Below are positions 16,233 to 24,255 of a DNA stretch of 64,000 bases, piece after piece. Within the stretch, counting starts at the first letter, position 1; each line of letters starts with the position of its first letter. The position numbers were made by a program, and so were the translations under genes. Where the stretch lies: positions 538,233-602,232 of the forward strand of contig JAXESU010000002.1 of the NCBI GenBank assembly GCA_034115825.1, given 5' to 3'. The notes below the pieces were generated by a model. It was not told the origin of the DNA. It did not search any database and saw only the letters and a list, made by a program, of their open reading frames with translations. The stretch is from Bacilli bacterium (GTDB lineage: Bacteria; Bacillota_I; Bacilli_A; RFN20; UBA1709).

Positions 16233-17888
16233 ATGCATAAAAGAATAGTAAATGATGTTATTTATTTAACTGGTGAAGTTTCTTCATATGAAGAAAAATT
16301 AAAGTTGGGTAAACAAAATGTCAAAAAAGGATTCCATGTCGTTAATAATATTGTTGTTAAAGGTTTAAAAGAAGAAAAAATTCGTAAACCAAATATCTAT
16401 GATCAAAGTTTAGATGGTTTAAATGTTGACGTTTTAATTATCGGCGGTGGGATTAGTGGATGTTCTTTACTCCGTGAATTAACTAGATATAATCTCAATG
16501 TTTGTTTGATTGAAAAAGAAAGTGATGTTGCTTTTGCGGCTAGCGGAAGAAACGATGGTGAAGTTCATCCTGGTGTTGATTTAAAAAAAGGAAGTTTAAA
16601 ACAAAGCCTAGTTGTTAAATCAAATAGAATCTATGAAAGTGTTTGTAAGGAATTAGATGTCAAATTTAAACGCGTTGGTCAACATGTTATTTTTACTAAA
16701 TCTTCTTATTTACCAGTTATTCAATATTATAAACATAATCGAGTCAAAAAATGTGGTGTAGATGATACTAAAATTATTAAAAAAGAACAATTATTTAAGA
16801 TGGAGCCACATATTAATAAGGAAGCAAAATTTAGTTTATATAATAGTATGGCTGGAATTGTTTGTCCATATTCTTTATGTATTGCTTATTGTGAAAACGC
16901 AATTAGTAATGGGGCAAAAGTGTATTTAGAGACAATGTGCTTAGGATTAAATTTACAAAATGATTCAATTAAGGAAGTTATAACTAATAAAGGAAAGATT
17001 AAAGCTAAAATTGTCGTTAATGCTAGTGGAACATATGCTGAAGAAATTGCCAAAATGGCCAATGATCAATTTTATTCAATCCATCCTCGAAAAGGGACAG
17101 ATTTAATCTTTGATAAAAAAGCTTTTGGCGAATTAAATAGTATTGTAAGTAAAAAAGATTTAAAGAAAAATAAAGCGCATTCAAAAGGTGGAGGGATTAT
17201 TTTAACTGTTGATAATAATATTTTAGTAGGCCCTGATGCTATTGAAACACCATTTAAAGAAGATTTTAGTGTAAGTAAAGAAAGTATTGATAACATTTTT
17301 AATAAACAAAAAGAAGCATATCCAAATTTAAAAAGAAGTGATATCATAACTTATTTTAGTGGAGTTAGAGCTTGCACATATGAAGAAGATTTTGTTATTG
17401 AGTGGGGAAGAAACTGTCATAATTTATATCATATAGCAGGTATCCAATCACCTGGTCTTACAACCGCACCTTTGGTTGCTAAAAATGTTAGTAAAGAAAT
17501 AGCTTTAAAATTACATGCTTCAATTAATGAAAACTTTAATCCAATTAGAAAAGGATATGGTCATTTAAATGAATTAGATGAAATTAGTCGAGATAGATTA
17601 ATTAAACAAAATAGTGATTATGGAATTATTATTTGCCGCTGTGAAGAGGTTTCAAAAGGTGAAATTATTGATTGTTTAAAATCACCTTTACCAATCAAAA
17701 ATATTGATGGTATAAAAAAACGTGTGCGTGCTGGAATGGGGCGCTGCCAAGGAGGTTTTTGTTCACCTTTAGTTTCAAAAATTATCGCGGATTTTTATAA
17801 TATTCCAGTTGAAAAAGTAACGAAAAATTCATTAGAAAGTTATATTTGCCTAAAGTCAAATAAGGGTGGTGAAAATGATGGATTATGA
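16233..17888 (+). CDS. FAD-dependent oxidoreductase of the GlpA/LhgO (DAO) family with a C-terminal BFD-like [2Fe-2S] domain
   Basis: AAGGTGA precedes ATG 16233. VDVLIIGGGISGCS...ASGRNDGEVHPG, and C-terminal CRCEEVSKGEI...GMGRCQGGFC. The ORF-track start at 16092 overlaps the divergent TetR gene. Confidence 0.8.
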   Translation: MHKRIVNDVIYLTGEVSSYEEKLKLGKQNVKKGFHVVNNIVVKGLKEEKIRKPNIYDQSLDGLNVDVLIIGGGISGCSLLRELTRYNLNVCLIEKESDVAFAASGRNDGEVHPGVDLKKGSLKQSLVVKSNRIYESVCKELDVKFKRVGQHVIFTKSSYLPVIQYYKHNRVKKCGVDDTKIIKKEQLFKMEPHINKEAKFSLYNSMAGIVCPYSLCIAYCENAISNGAKVYLETMCLGLNLQNDSIKEVITNKGKIKAKIVVNASGTYAEEIAKMANDQFYSIHPRKGTDLIFDKKAFGELNSIVSKKDLKKNKAHSKGGGIILTVDNNILVGPDAIETPFKEDFSVSKESIDNIFNKQKEAYPNLKRSDIITYFSGVRACTYEEDFVIEWGRNCHNLYHIAGIQSPGLTTAPLVAKNVSKEIALKLHASINENFNPIRKGYGHLNELDEISRDRLIKQNSDYGIIICRCEEVSKGEIIDCLKSPLPIKNIDGIKKRVRAGMGRCQGGFCSPLVSKIIADFYNIPVEKVTKNSLESYICLKSNKGGENDGL

Positions 17889-19122
17889 TGTAGTTGTTAT
17901 TGGTGGGGGACCAAGTGGATTAGCTGCTTCTATTAGTGCATATGATAATCATCAACATGTCCTTCTAATTGAAAGAGAAGCACGATTAGGGGGAATATTA
18001 AAACAATGTATTCATGATGGATTTGGTCTAATCACTTTTAATGAAAAATTAACTGGACCAGATTATGCCACTCGCTTTATTAATGAAGTTTATAAAAGAA
18101 AGATTGATGTTTTGTTATTAACATTTGTTACTAAAATAATTAAATTAGAAGATGGTTTTGAATTACATATTGTTAATGCAAATGGCGTTAGTAAAATAAC
18201 TTCAAAAACTTTAATATTATCTTCTGGGTGCCGTGAAAGAACGGCTCGCCAAGTTAGTATTGTTGGAACTAGACCAAGTGGTTTATTAACCGCTGGTACT
18301 GCTCAAAACTATATCAATTTACTTGGTCAAAAGGTGGGTCAAAATGTTGTTATCTTAGGAAGTGGCGATATTGGTCTTATTATGGCAAGAAGACTTACCT
18401 TAGAAGGTAGTAAGGTGCTTGGGGTGTATGAAATAAAAAATACTCCAAGTGGTTTGAGTCGAAATATTAATCAATGCTTAAAGGATTTTGATATTCCTTT
18501 ATATTTATCACATACAGTTACCAAAGTGTTTGGAAAAGATCGCTTAGAGGCTGTTGAAATAGCTAAAGTTGATGAAAATTTAAAGATTATTCCTAATACG
18601 AGTGAAATAGTAAAATGTGATACTTTAATTGTTTCAGTCGGTTTGATTCCTGAAAATGAATTAATTGAAAAACTAGGCGTAGTAATTGATAATAGAACAA
18701 AAGGGGCAAAAGTTGATCAAACATTAATGACTAGTATTGATGGTTTATTTGTTAGTGGTAACTGTTTGCATGTTTTTGATTTAGTCGATTATGTAACTGA
18801 ATCGGCTATTAAAGCAGGAAATAGTGCAAGTAGTTATCAAAAAGAAAAACGTAATTTAATCAATATTGAAATTAAAAATAATTTAAGCTATGTTGTTCCA
18901 CAATGTTTAGATTTAAATAAACAATTAGATGTTACCTTTTATTTTAGAAGTAACAAAGAATTAAAAAATGCCAAATTAATAATTAAAGTTGATGAAAAAG
19001 TTGTTTTAGAAAAACGCTATCTTAAGTTATTACCGCCGGAAATGGAACGCTTGGTATATACGTTTAAAGATTTAACCAAAGAAAGCAAAGTATCAATTGA
19101 TGTGGAGGAATTAGGTAAATGA
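17866..19122 (+). CDS. NAD(P)/FAD-dependent (pyridine nucleotide-disulfide-type) oxidoreductase
   Basis: YDVVVIGGGPSGLAASI... and a second GxGxxG, VVILGSGDIGL; overlaps the upstream stop. Confidence 0.8.
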   Translation: MVKMMDYDVVVIGGGPSGLAASISAYDNHQHVLLIEREARLGGILKQCIHDGFGLITFNEKLTGPDYATRFINEVYKRKIDVLLLTFVTKIIKLEDGFELHIVNANGVSKITSKTLILSSGCRERTARQVSIVGTRPSGLLTAGTAQNYINLLGQKVGQNVVILGSGDIGLIMARRLTLEGSKVLGVYEIKNTPSGLSRNINQCLKDFDIPLYLSHTVTKVFGKDRLEAVEIAKVDENLKIIPNTSEIVKCDTLIVSVGLIPENELIEKLGVVIDNRTKGAKVDQTLMTSIDGLFVSGNCLHVFDLVDYVTESAIKAGNSASSYQKEKRNLINIEIKNNLSYVVPQCLDLNKQLDVTFYFRSNKELKNAKLIIKVDEKVVLEKRYLKLLPPEMERLVYTFKDLTKESKVSIDVEELGK

Positions 19123-19475
19123 AAGAGTTAATTTGTATTGTTTGCCCTAATAGTTGCCTTTTAAGACAAGATGAAAATGGACAAATAAGTGGTAATAAAT
19201 GTCAAAGAGGTCTTGCTTTTTTTGAAAATGAATTAAAATGTCCTAAAAGAACTTTGCAAACAACTGTAAAAACAATTTTTAAAGATGTTCCAGTAATAAG
19301 TGTTAAAACAACGAATGAAGTAAATAAAAAAGATTTATTTTTAATAATGAAAGAGTTAAATAAAGTTACTTTAGATAAATACTATCATTATGGTGATGTT
19401 ATCATTAAAAATATTTTAAATAGTGGTGTAGATATAGTTATTACAAGTAATTTACTTGAGGAGGAAAGAAAATGA
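19119..19475 (+). CDS. DUF1667-type small Cys-rich protein, third member of the glpA-like trio
   Basis: CIVCPNSCLL...CQRGLAFFENELKCP; 4-nt start/stop overlap. Confidence 0.7.
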   Translation: MKELICIVCPNSCLLRQDENGQISGNKCQRGLAFFENELKCPKRTLQTTVKTIFKDVPVISVKTTNEVNKKDLFLIMKELNKVTLDKYYHYGDVIIKNILNSGVDIVITSNLLEEERK

Positions 19476-21229
19476 GTCATAAGCCATACAAAGGATTTGA
19501 GCCTAAATGGGTTAAAGAAGTAGCACCTAAAAAAAGCTATCGTTCAATATTTAGATGGGGAGATCCAGAATTTTTTAAATTTCCTAAAGAGACATTATAT
19601 AAAATGATGAAAGAAAAGTTTAAAATGAATGATGATGATTTTAAACAATACATTTGTAATAATGATGTTGGAATGGATGAAGTTAAACTTGATCAAGCAA
19701 AATATGCACCTAAAATTGATCAAAAACACGTTGATGCTTTTAAACAAATTGTCGGTGAAGATAATGTTAGTCAAGAAGATTATGATCGTTTAAGTGTTGC
19801 TTATGGACAAACGGGTTTTGATTTATTAAGATTACGTCATAAACAAATTGATTCTTTGCCTGATGTTGTTTTATATCCGTCTAGTCATGATGAAATTCAA
19901 CAAATTGTTGATTATATTGCTAAAAATAATTTGAAATTATATGTTTATGGTGGTGGCAGTAGTGTAACTAGAGGTGTTGAACCAGTTATGGGTGGAGTAT
20001 CTTTAGATATGCGTAAAAACTTTAATAAAGTAATTGAGTTTAATGAAATTGATCAAACAATTACTGTTCAAGCAGGGATGTCTGGACCAGATTTAGAAAA
20101 ACATTTAAATAATGCTATAAGTGAATTTGGTGCCAAAAGACAATATACATGTGGTCACTTTCCTCAAAGTTTTGAATATTCATCTGTTGGTGGTTGGGTC
20201 GTAACTCGTGGTGCTGGTCAAAATTCAACATATTATGGTTGTATTAGTGATATTGTTATGTCTCAACGTTATGCAACAATAAGAGGTGAATTTAAAACTT
20301 CACCTTATCCACGTGAAGCAACCGGGCCAAATTTAAATCAATTAATGATGGGTAGTGAAGGAACTTTTGGTATTTTAACCGATGTTAAATTAAAAGTATT
20401 CCGTTATATGCCTGAAAATCGTAAACGTTTTAGTTTTATCTTTAAAACTTGGACTGATGCGATGAATGCGGCAAGAGAAATGATGCAAAAAGAATGTGGT
20501 TTTTCGTCTGTCTTTAGATTATCAGACCCAGAAGAAACAAATTTAATGTTAAGATTATATAATGTTGATGAAACTCCTCTTCAAAAAATATTAAATCTAA
20601 GAGGTTATAAAGATATGGAAAGATGTCTATTCTTAGGTTTTACTGATGGTGAAAAAGGCTTTTCTAAAAACGTTTATAAAAATATCAAACGTATTGCTCG
20701 CCAATATGGTGGTATGTCTCTTACAGGATTTGTTTGTAAAAGTTGGGAAAAAGGTCGCTTTAATGATCCATATTTACGTGATTCATTAATGGATTTTGGC
20801 GTTACTATTGATACAATGGAATGTAGTGTAAACTGGTCAAATATGGCACAAGTCCATAAAGATGTTCGTGAAGTATGTCATAAACTTCCAAATATGATTG
20901 TTACAACTCATATGTCACATTGTTATCCTCAAGGGGCTAACTTATACTTCATTTTTATGGGAAAAATTAGTGAGGTTGAAGAATTTAGAAAATATCATGC
21001 CTCTATTTTAGATGCTATTCAAAAATCGAAAGCTGCCATGTCACATCACCATGGCATTGGTAAAATGTTTGGACCATGGCTTGAAGGACAATTAGGACAT
21101 AATGAATATGGTGTTATTCGTCATTTAAAAGAATATTTTGATCCAAATTACAATTTAAATCCTGGAGGTACTTTAGGATTAGATGTTAAAGAAGAAGATA
21201 AACATTATACAAGAGATGATATAAAATAA
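19472..21229 (+). CDS. FAD-linked oxidase (FAD_binding_4 plus C-terminal domain), alkyl-DHAP synthase / GlcD-like
   Basis: VVLYPSSHDEIQQIVDY...YGGGSSVTRG, C-terminal SHHHGIGK; 4-nt overlap with the upstream gene. Confidence 0.75.
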   Translation: MSHKPYKGFEPKWVKEVAPKKSYRSIFRWGDPEFFKFPKETLYKMMKEKFKMNDDDFKQYICNNDVGMDEVKLDQAKYAPKIDQKHVDAFKQIVGEDNVSQEDYDRLSVAYGQTGFDLLRLRHKQIDSLPDVVLYPSSHDEIQQIVDYIAKNNLKLYVYGGGSSVTRGVEPVMGGVSLDMRKNFNKVIEFNEIDQTITVQAGMSGPDLEKHLNNAISEFGAKRQYTCGHFPQSFEYSSVGGWVVTRGAGQNSTYYGCISDIVMSQRYATIRGEFKTSPYPREATGPNLNQLMMGSEGTFGILTDVKLKVFRYMPENRKRFSFIFKTWTDAMNAAREMMQKECGFSSVFRLSDPEETNLMLRLYNVDETPLQKILNLRGYKDMERCLFLGFTDGEKGFSKNVYKNIKRIARQYGGMSLTGFVCKSWEKGRFNDPYLRDSLMDFGVTIDTMECSVNWSNMAQVHKDVREVCHKLPNMIVTTHMSHCYPQGANLYFIFMGKISEVEEFRKYHASILDAIQKSKAAMSHHHGIGKMFGPWLEGQLGHNEYGVIRHLKEYFDPNYNLNPGGTLGLDVKEEDKHYTRDDIK

Positions 21230-21238
21230 TCATCAATA

Positions 21239-21270
21239 AAGGTAATCTATCAAAAGATTGCCTTTTTTTG
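21239..21270 (+). terminator. intrinsic terminator after the FAD-linked oxidase gene
   Basis: AAGGTAATC-...-GATTGCCTT followed by TTTTTTG. Confidence 0.55.
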
Positions 21271-21410
21271 TCAACAACTTATGGTTGCAATTACACTTAT
21301 AATATGATACATTAAAATTAAAGATATTTACTTATAATAATATGGATGTGATTAAAATGAAAATATAAGCTAATAATAAGGAAAAATTAATTAAATGAGG
21401 AGGGAAAACT

Positions 21411-21686
21411 ATGAGTGAAAAGTATCAAAGATGGATAAAATATTTATTAGCTATAGCAATTGTTATTATTGCAAATAGAGTTGTGTATAAAGTAATTATG
21501 GAAGAATTAATGGGGAATGTTGTTCAAAATTATTTTATAGTTATTTTGGGTGCATCTTCAATAATTATATATTTAATCATTAATTATAAATATATTTCAG
21601 CAATTATTAAGGAGAAGTTTTCTTATTTAAACTATGTAATACTTGTAATTGGAATAATTCCATTTATATTTTATTTAATTTACTAA
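21411..21686 (+). CDS. small hydrophobic protein (91 aa, 3 TM helices)
   Basis: GGAGGG RBS; entirely hydrophobic. Confidence 0.5.
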   Translation: MSEKYQRWIKYLLAIAIVIIANRVVYKVIMEELMGNVVQNYFIVILGASSIIIYLIINYKYISAIIKEKFSYLNYVILVIGIIPFIFYLIY

Positions 21687-21704
21687 GTTATAAAATGTTA
21701 TTTT

Positions 21705-21735
21705 GGCAACTAGTGGAAGCTAGTTGCTTTTTTAT
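21705..21735 (+). terminator. intrinsic terminator
   Basis: GCAACTAG-tggaa-GCTAGTTGC followed by TTTTTTATT. Confidence 0.7.
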
Positions 21736-21781
21736 TGTAAATATGGAAAAAAAGTTTATAATTTAAAATAGGTGATTACAT

Positions 21782-22540
21782 ATGAAAATTAATGATTTTT
21801 TAGCTTTAGTTGATCAAGAAAAACAAGATAAAGTAAAACCTTTATTAGATTATTTAGATAAATACTATTGTTATGATGAAAACATGAGTGACAAATCAAA
21901 AATGCCTTGTTTTACTTTCAATCATAGTTTTATTAAGATTGGATGCCGCAAAAACTATTTAAGTATTTATTTTAGTAATAATAATGCTTTTAGTTTTATT
22001 AAAGAAAATTATCCATATTGTAAAATTAATGAAAAGTGTATTAATTTTTCATATGATAGAAGTCTTCCTTATGTTTTATTATATGTCGTTTTTGATAAAA
22101 CATTAGATGTTTTAAATATCGATGATAAAGACATTAATTATTCTAAAGTTTATGATTTAATTTATAATGATTTAAATAAAGAAGAAGATGTAAATTATGT
22201 TAAAAAAATTCATAAATACAAAGTTTTAGAATTAGTAGCATATAAAGATAACCAAGAAGTAGGTTATATAATGTTTTCTAAAATCAATAAGTTTATTTTA
22301 GTGTGTCCACTTGTTGTTAAAAAAGAATATCAAAAAAGAGGGATTGGCACTAAATTAATGAATATTGGTTTAGAACGATTTAAAGAAGAAGATATTTATT
22401 TAGTGGGCGATATTAATTATTATCAACGTTTTGGTTTTAAACAAGTTGAAAATAGTTTAAATAAAAGTAATTACCCTAATGAATATGTCCTTCATTTAGG
22501 AATAGGAAAAGAAGTGTTTAGTTTAGAAGGGGTTGAATAA
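21782..22540 (+). CDS. two-domain protein: YdhG/DUF1801-like N-terminal domain plus C-terminal GNAT acetyltransferase
   Basis: Promoter TTGTAA-17-TATAAT upstream. C-terminus VVKKEYQKRGIGTKLM (acetyl-CoA-binding motif). Confidence 0.65.
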   Translation: MKINDFLALVDQEKQDKVKPLLDYLDKYYCYDENMSDKSKMPCFTFNHSFIKIGCRKNYLSIYFSNNNAFSFIKENYPYCKINEKCINFSYDRSLPYVLLYVVFDKTLDVLNIDDKDINYSKVYDLIYNDLNKEEDVNYVKKIHKYKVLELVAYKDNQEVGYIMFSKINKFILVCPLVVKKEYQKRGIGTKLMNIGLERFKEEDIYLVGDINYYQRFGFKQVENSLNKSNYPNEYVLHLGIGKEVFSLEGVE

Positions 22541-22541
22541 A

Positions 22542-23294
22542 ATGTCATATACTGATATTAACTCAAAAGTTTTTGATAAATGGAATAAGGAAGATTGGGA
22601 ATGGGGAAGACCAATCAGTCATGAAGAGTTTATCAATGCCAAAAAAGGTGATTATAATATTAAATTAACCCCAACTAAATTTGTTCCTCATTCTTGGATT
22701 GGTGATGTTAAAAACAAAAAAGTTTTAGGGTTAGCAAGTGGTGGTGCTCAACAAATGCCCATAATGGCTGCTTTAGGCGCAAAGGTAACAGTTTTAGATT
22801 ATAGTGATAGTCAACTAGAAAGTGAAAAAAAGATGGCTATAAAAGAAGAATATGATATTAAAATTGTTAAAGCAGATATGTCAAAACCACTTCCATTTAA
22901 AGACGAAGAATTTGATTTAATTATCCATCCAGTTTCTAATTGTTATATTGAAGAAGTATTGCCACTTTTTAAAGAATGTTATCGCATTTTAAAAAAACAA
23001 GGACGATTAATAAGTGGACTTGATATTGGTTTAAATTATGTTTTTGATGAAGATGATGAAACAAGTGTGAAGTTTGGCTTACCATTTAATCCCTTAAAAG
23101 ATAAAAACTTATATAATTTATGTTTACTAAATGATTGGGGGATTCAATTTTCTCATACGATTGAAGAACAAATTAGAAGTCAATTAATTGCAGGTTTTAC
23201 TTTAGAAGATTTATATGAAGATTATAACGGTTATGGCAAATTAAATGAATTTAAAATTCCAACCTTTATTGCAACGAAGGTGATTAAGTTATGA
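22542..23294 (+). CDS. class I SAM-dependent methyltransferase
   Basis: VLGLASGGAQQMPIMAALGAKVTVLDYS (motif I). GAAGGGG RBS precedes ATG 22542; the ORF track uses TTG 22533. Confidence 0.75.
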   Translation: MSYTDINSKVFDKWNKEDWEWGRPISHEEFINAKKGDYNIKLTPTKFVPHSWIGDVKNKKVLGLASGGAQQMPIMAALGAKVTVLDYSDSQLESEKKMAIKEEYDIKIVKADMSKPLPFKDEEFDLIIHPVSNCYIEEVLPLFKECYRILKKQGRLISGLDIGLNYVFDEDDETSVKFGLPFNPLKDKNLYNLCLLNDWGIQFSHTIEEQIRSQLIAGFTLEDLYEDYNGYGKLNEFKIPTFIATKVIKL

Positions 23295-23713
23295 TTAATT
23301 TTATTAAAAAAGTTTTAAGTTTAGAAATTGTTAAATTTTTAATTGTCGGTGGTATAAACACGCTTATGGGAGGAATTTTAATTCCTTATTTAGTTCGACT
23401 TTTTTTACAAGGTGAGCCAAGATTTTATGGTATTGATATATCATTAACAGTAGGGTATTTAATTTGGTTCACTTTTGCCTATCTTTTACAAGTAAAATAT
23501 GTATTTAATACTAACTTTAATATTAAAAGATATTTATTATATCCTCTAACACAAATCCCGAATTATTTAATCAATCAAGGATTCCTTTATCTTTTTGAAA
23601 AAGTACTTAAATTATCGTCACTTATTTCATTATTTTTAGCGGCAATTTTAGCGGTTCCAATTATGTTTATTATTGTTCGATTGGTGGTGAAAGATAAACA
23701 TGAAAGAGTATAA
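23291..23713 (+). CDS. GtrA-family membrane protein
   Basis: 140 aa, 4 TM helices, FLIVGGINTLMGGIL...; overlaps both neighbours. Confidence 0.7.
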   Translation: MINFIKKVLSLEIVKFLIVGGINTLMGGILIPYLVRLFLQGEPRFYGIDISLTVGYLIWFTFAYLLQVKYVFNTNFNIKRYLLYPLTQIPNYLINQGFLYLFEKVLKLSSLISLFLAAILAVPIMFIIVRLVVKDKHERV

Positions 23714-24215
23714 AAAACCTTCAGTAACAGCAGATAATATTATTTTTACTTATAAAGATAATCAATTATATGTTTTATTAATTAAGCGAAAAAATCCTCC
23801 ATTTAAAGATTACTATGGGTTCCCTGGAGGGTTTTTAGAAGAAAATGAAAATTTAGAAACTTGTGCTAAACGAGAATTATTTGAAGAAACTAATGTTAGT
23901 AACGCTAACTTAATTGAATTAGGGATGTTTAGTGATCCAAATCGTGATGAACGAGGATGGATTATAAGTGATTGCTTTATGGCAATAATTAATTATGATG
24001 AATTAGTTTATAAAGCAGGCGATGATGCTAGTGAAGCTAAATTATTTAAACTAGATTATTATCATAAAGACGATAAACTATATGTTACTTTAAGTAATGG
24101 TAATATTGTTTTAGAAAATATTATTGATGAAAAGAATAACATGATTAAATCAAGTTTATGTTTTGATCATTTAAAGATGTTAAAAAAAGCTTTAACAAAA
24201 TTAAAGACAATATAA
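23700..24215 (+). CDS. NUDIX hydrolase
   Basis: Nudix box GFPGGFLEENENLETCAKRELFEETNV. Confidence 0.8.
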   Translation: MKEYKKPSVTADNIIFTYKDNQLYVLLIKRKNPPFKDYYGFPGGFLEENENLETCAKRELFEETNVSNANLIELGMFSDPNRDERGWIISDCFMAIINYDELVYKAGDDASEAKLFKLDYYHKDDKLYVTLSNGNIVLENIIDEKNNMIKSSLCFDHLKMLKKALTKLKTI

Positions 24216-24216
24216 A

Positions 24217-24250
24217 AAGACTCAATCAATTACGATTGAGTCTTTTATTT
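24217..24250. terminator. bidirectional terminator between the NUDIX gene and ppdK
   Basis: AAGACTCAATC-aatta-CGATTGAGTCTT followed by TTATTT. Confidence 0.75.
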
Positions 24251-24255
24251 ATTCA

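Noticed and set aside
17072-17347. Antisense ORF within the glpA-like gene, and similar antisense ORFs at 26333-26734, 36181-36393, 41796-42062, 42417-42662, 45288-45476, 46913-47098, 48074-48292, 59313-59570 and 63762-63983
   Set aside because: All lie opposite or within strongly supported CDSs and show skewed, low-complexity composition; treated as non-coding.
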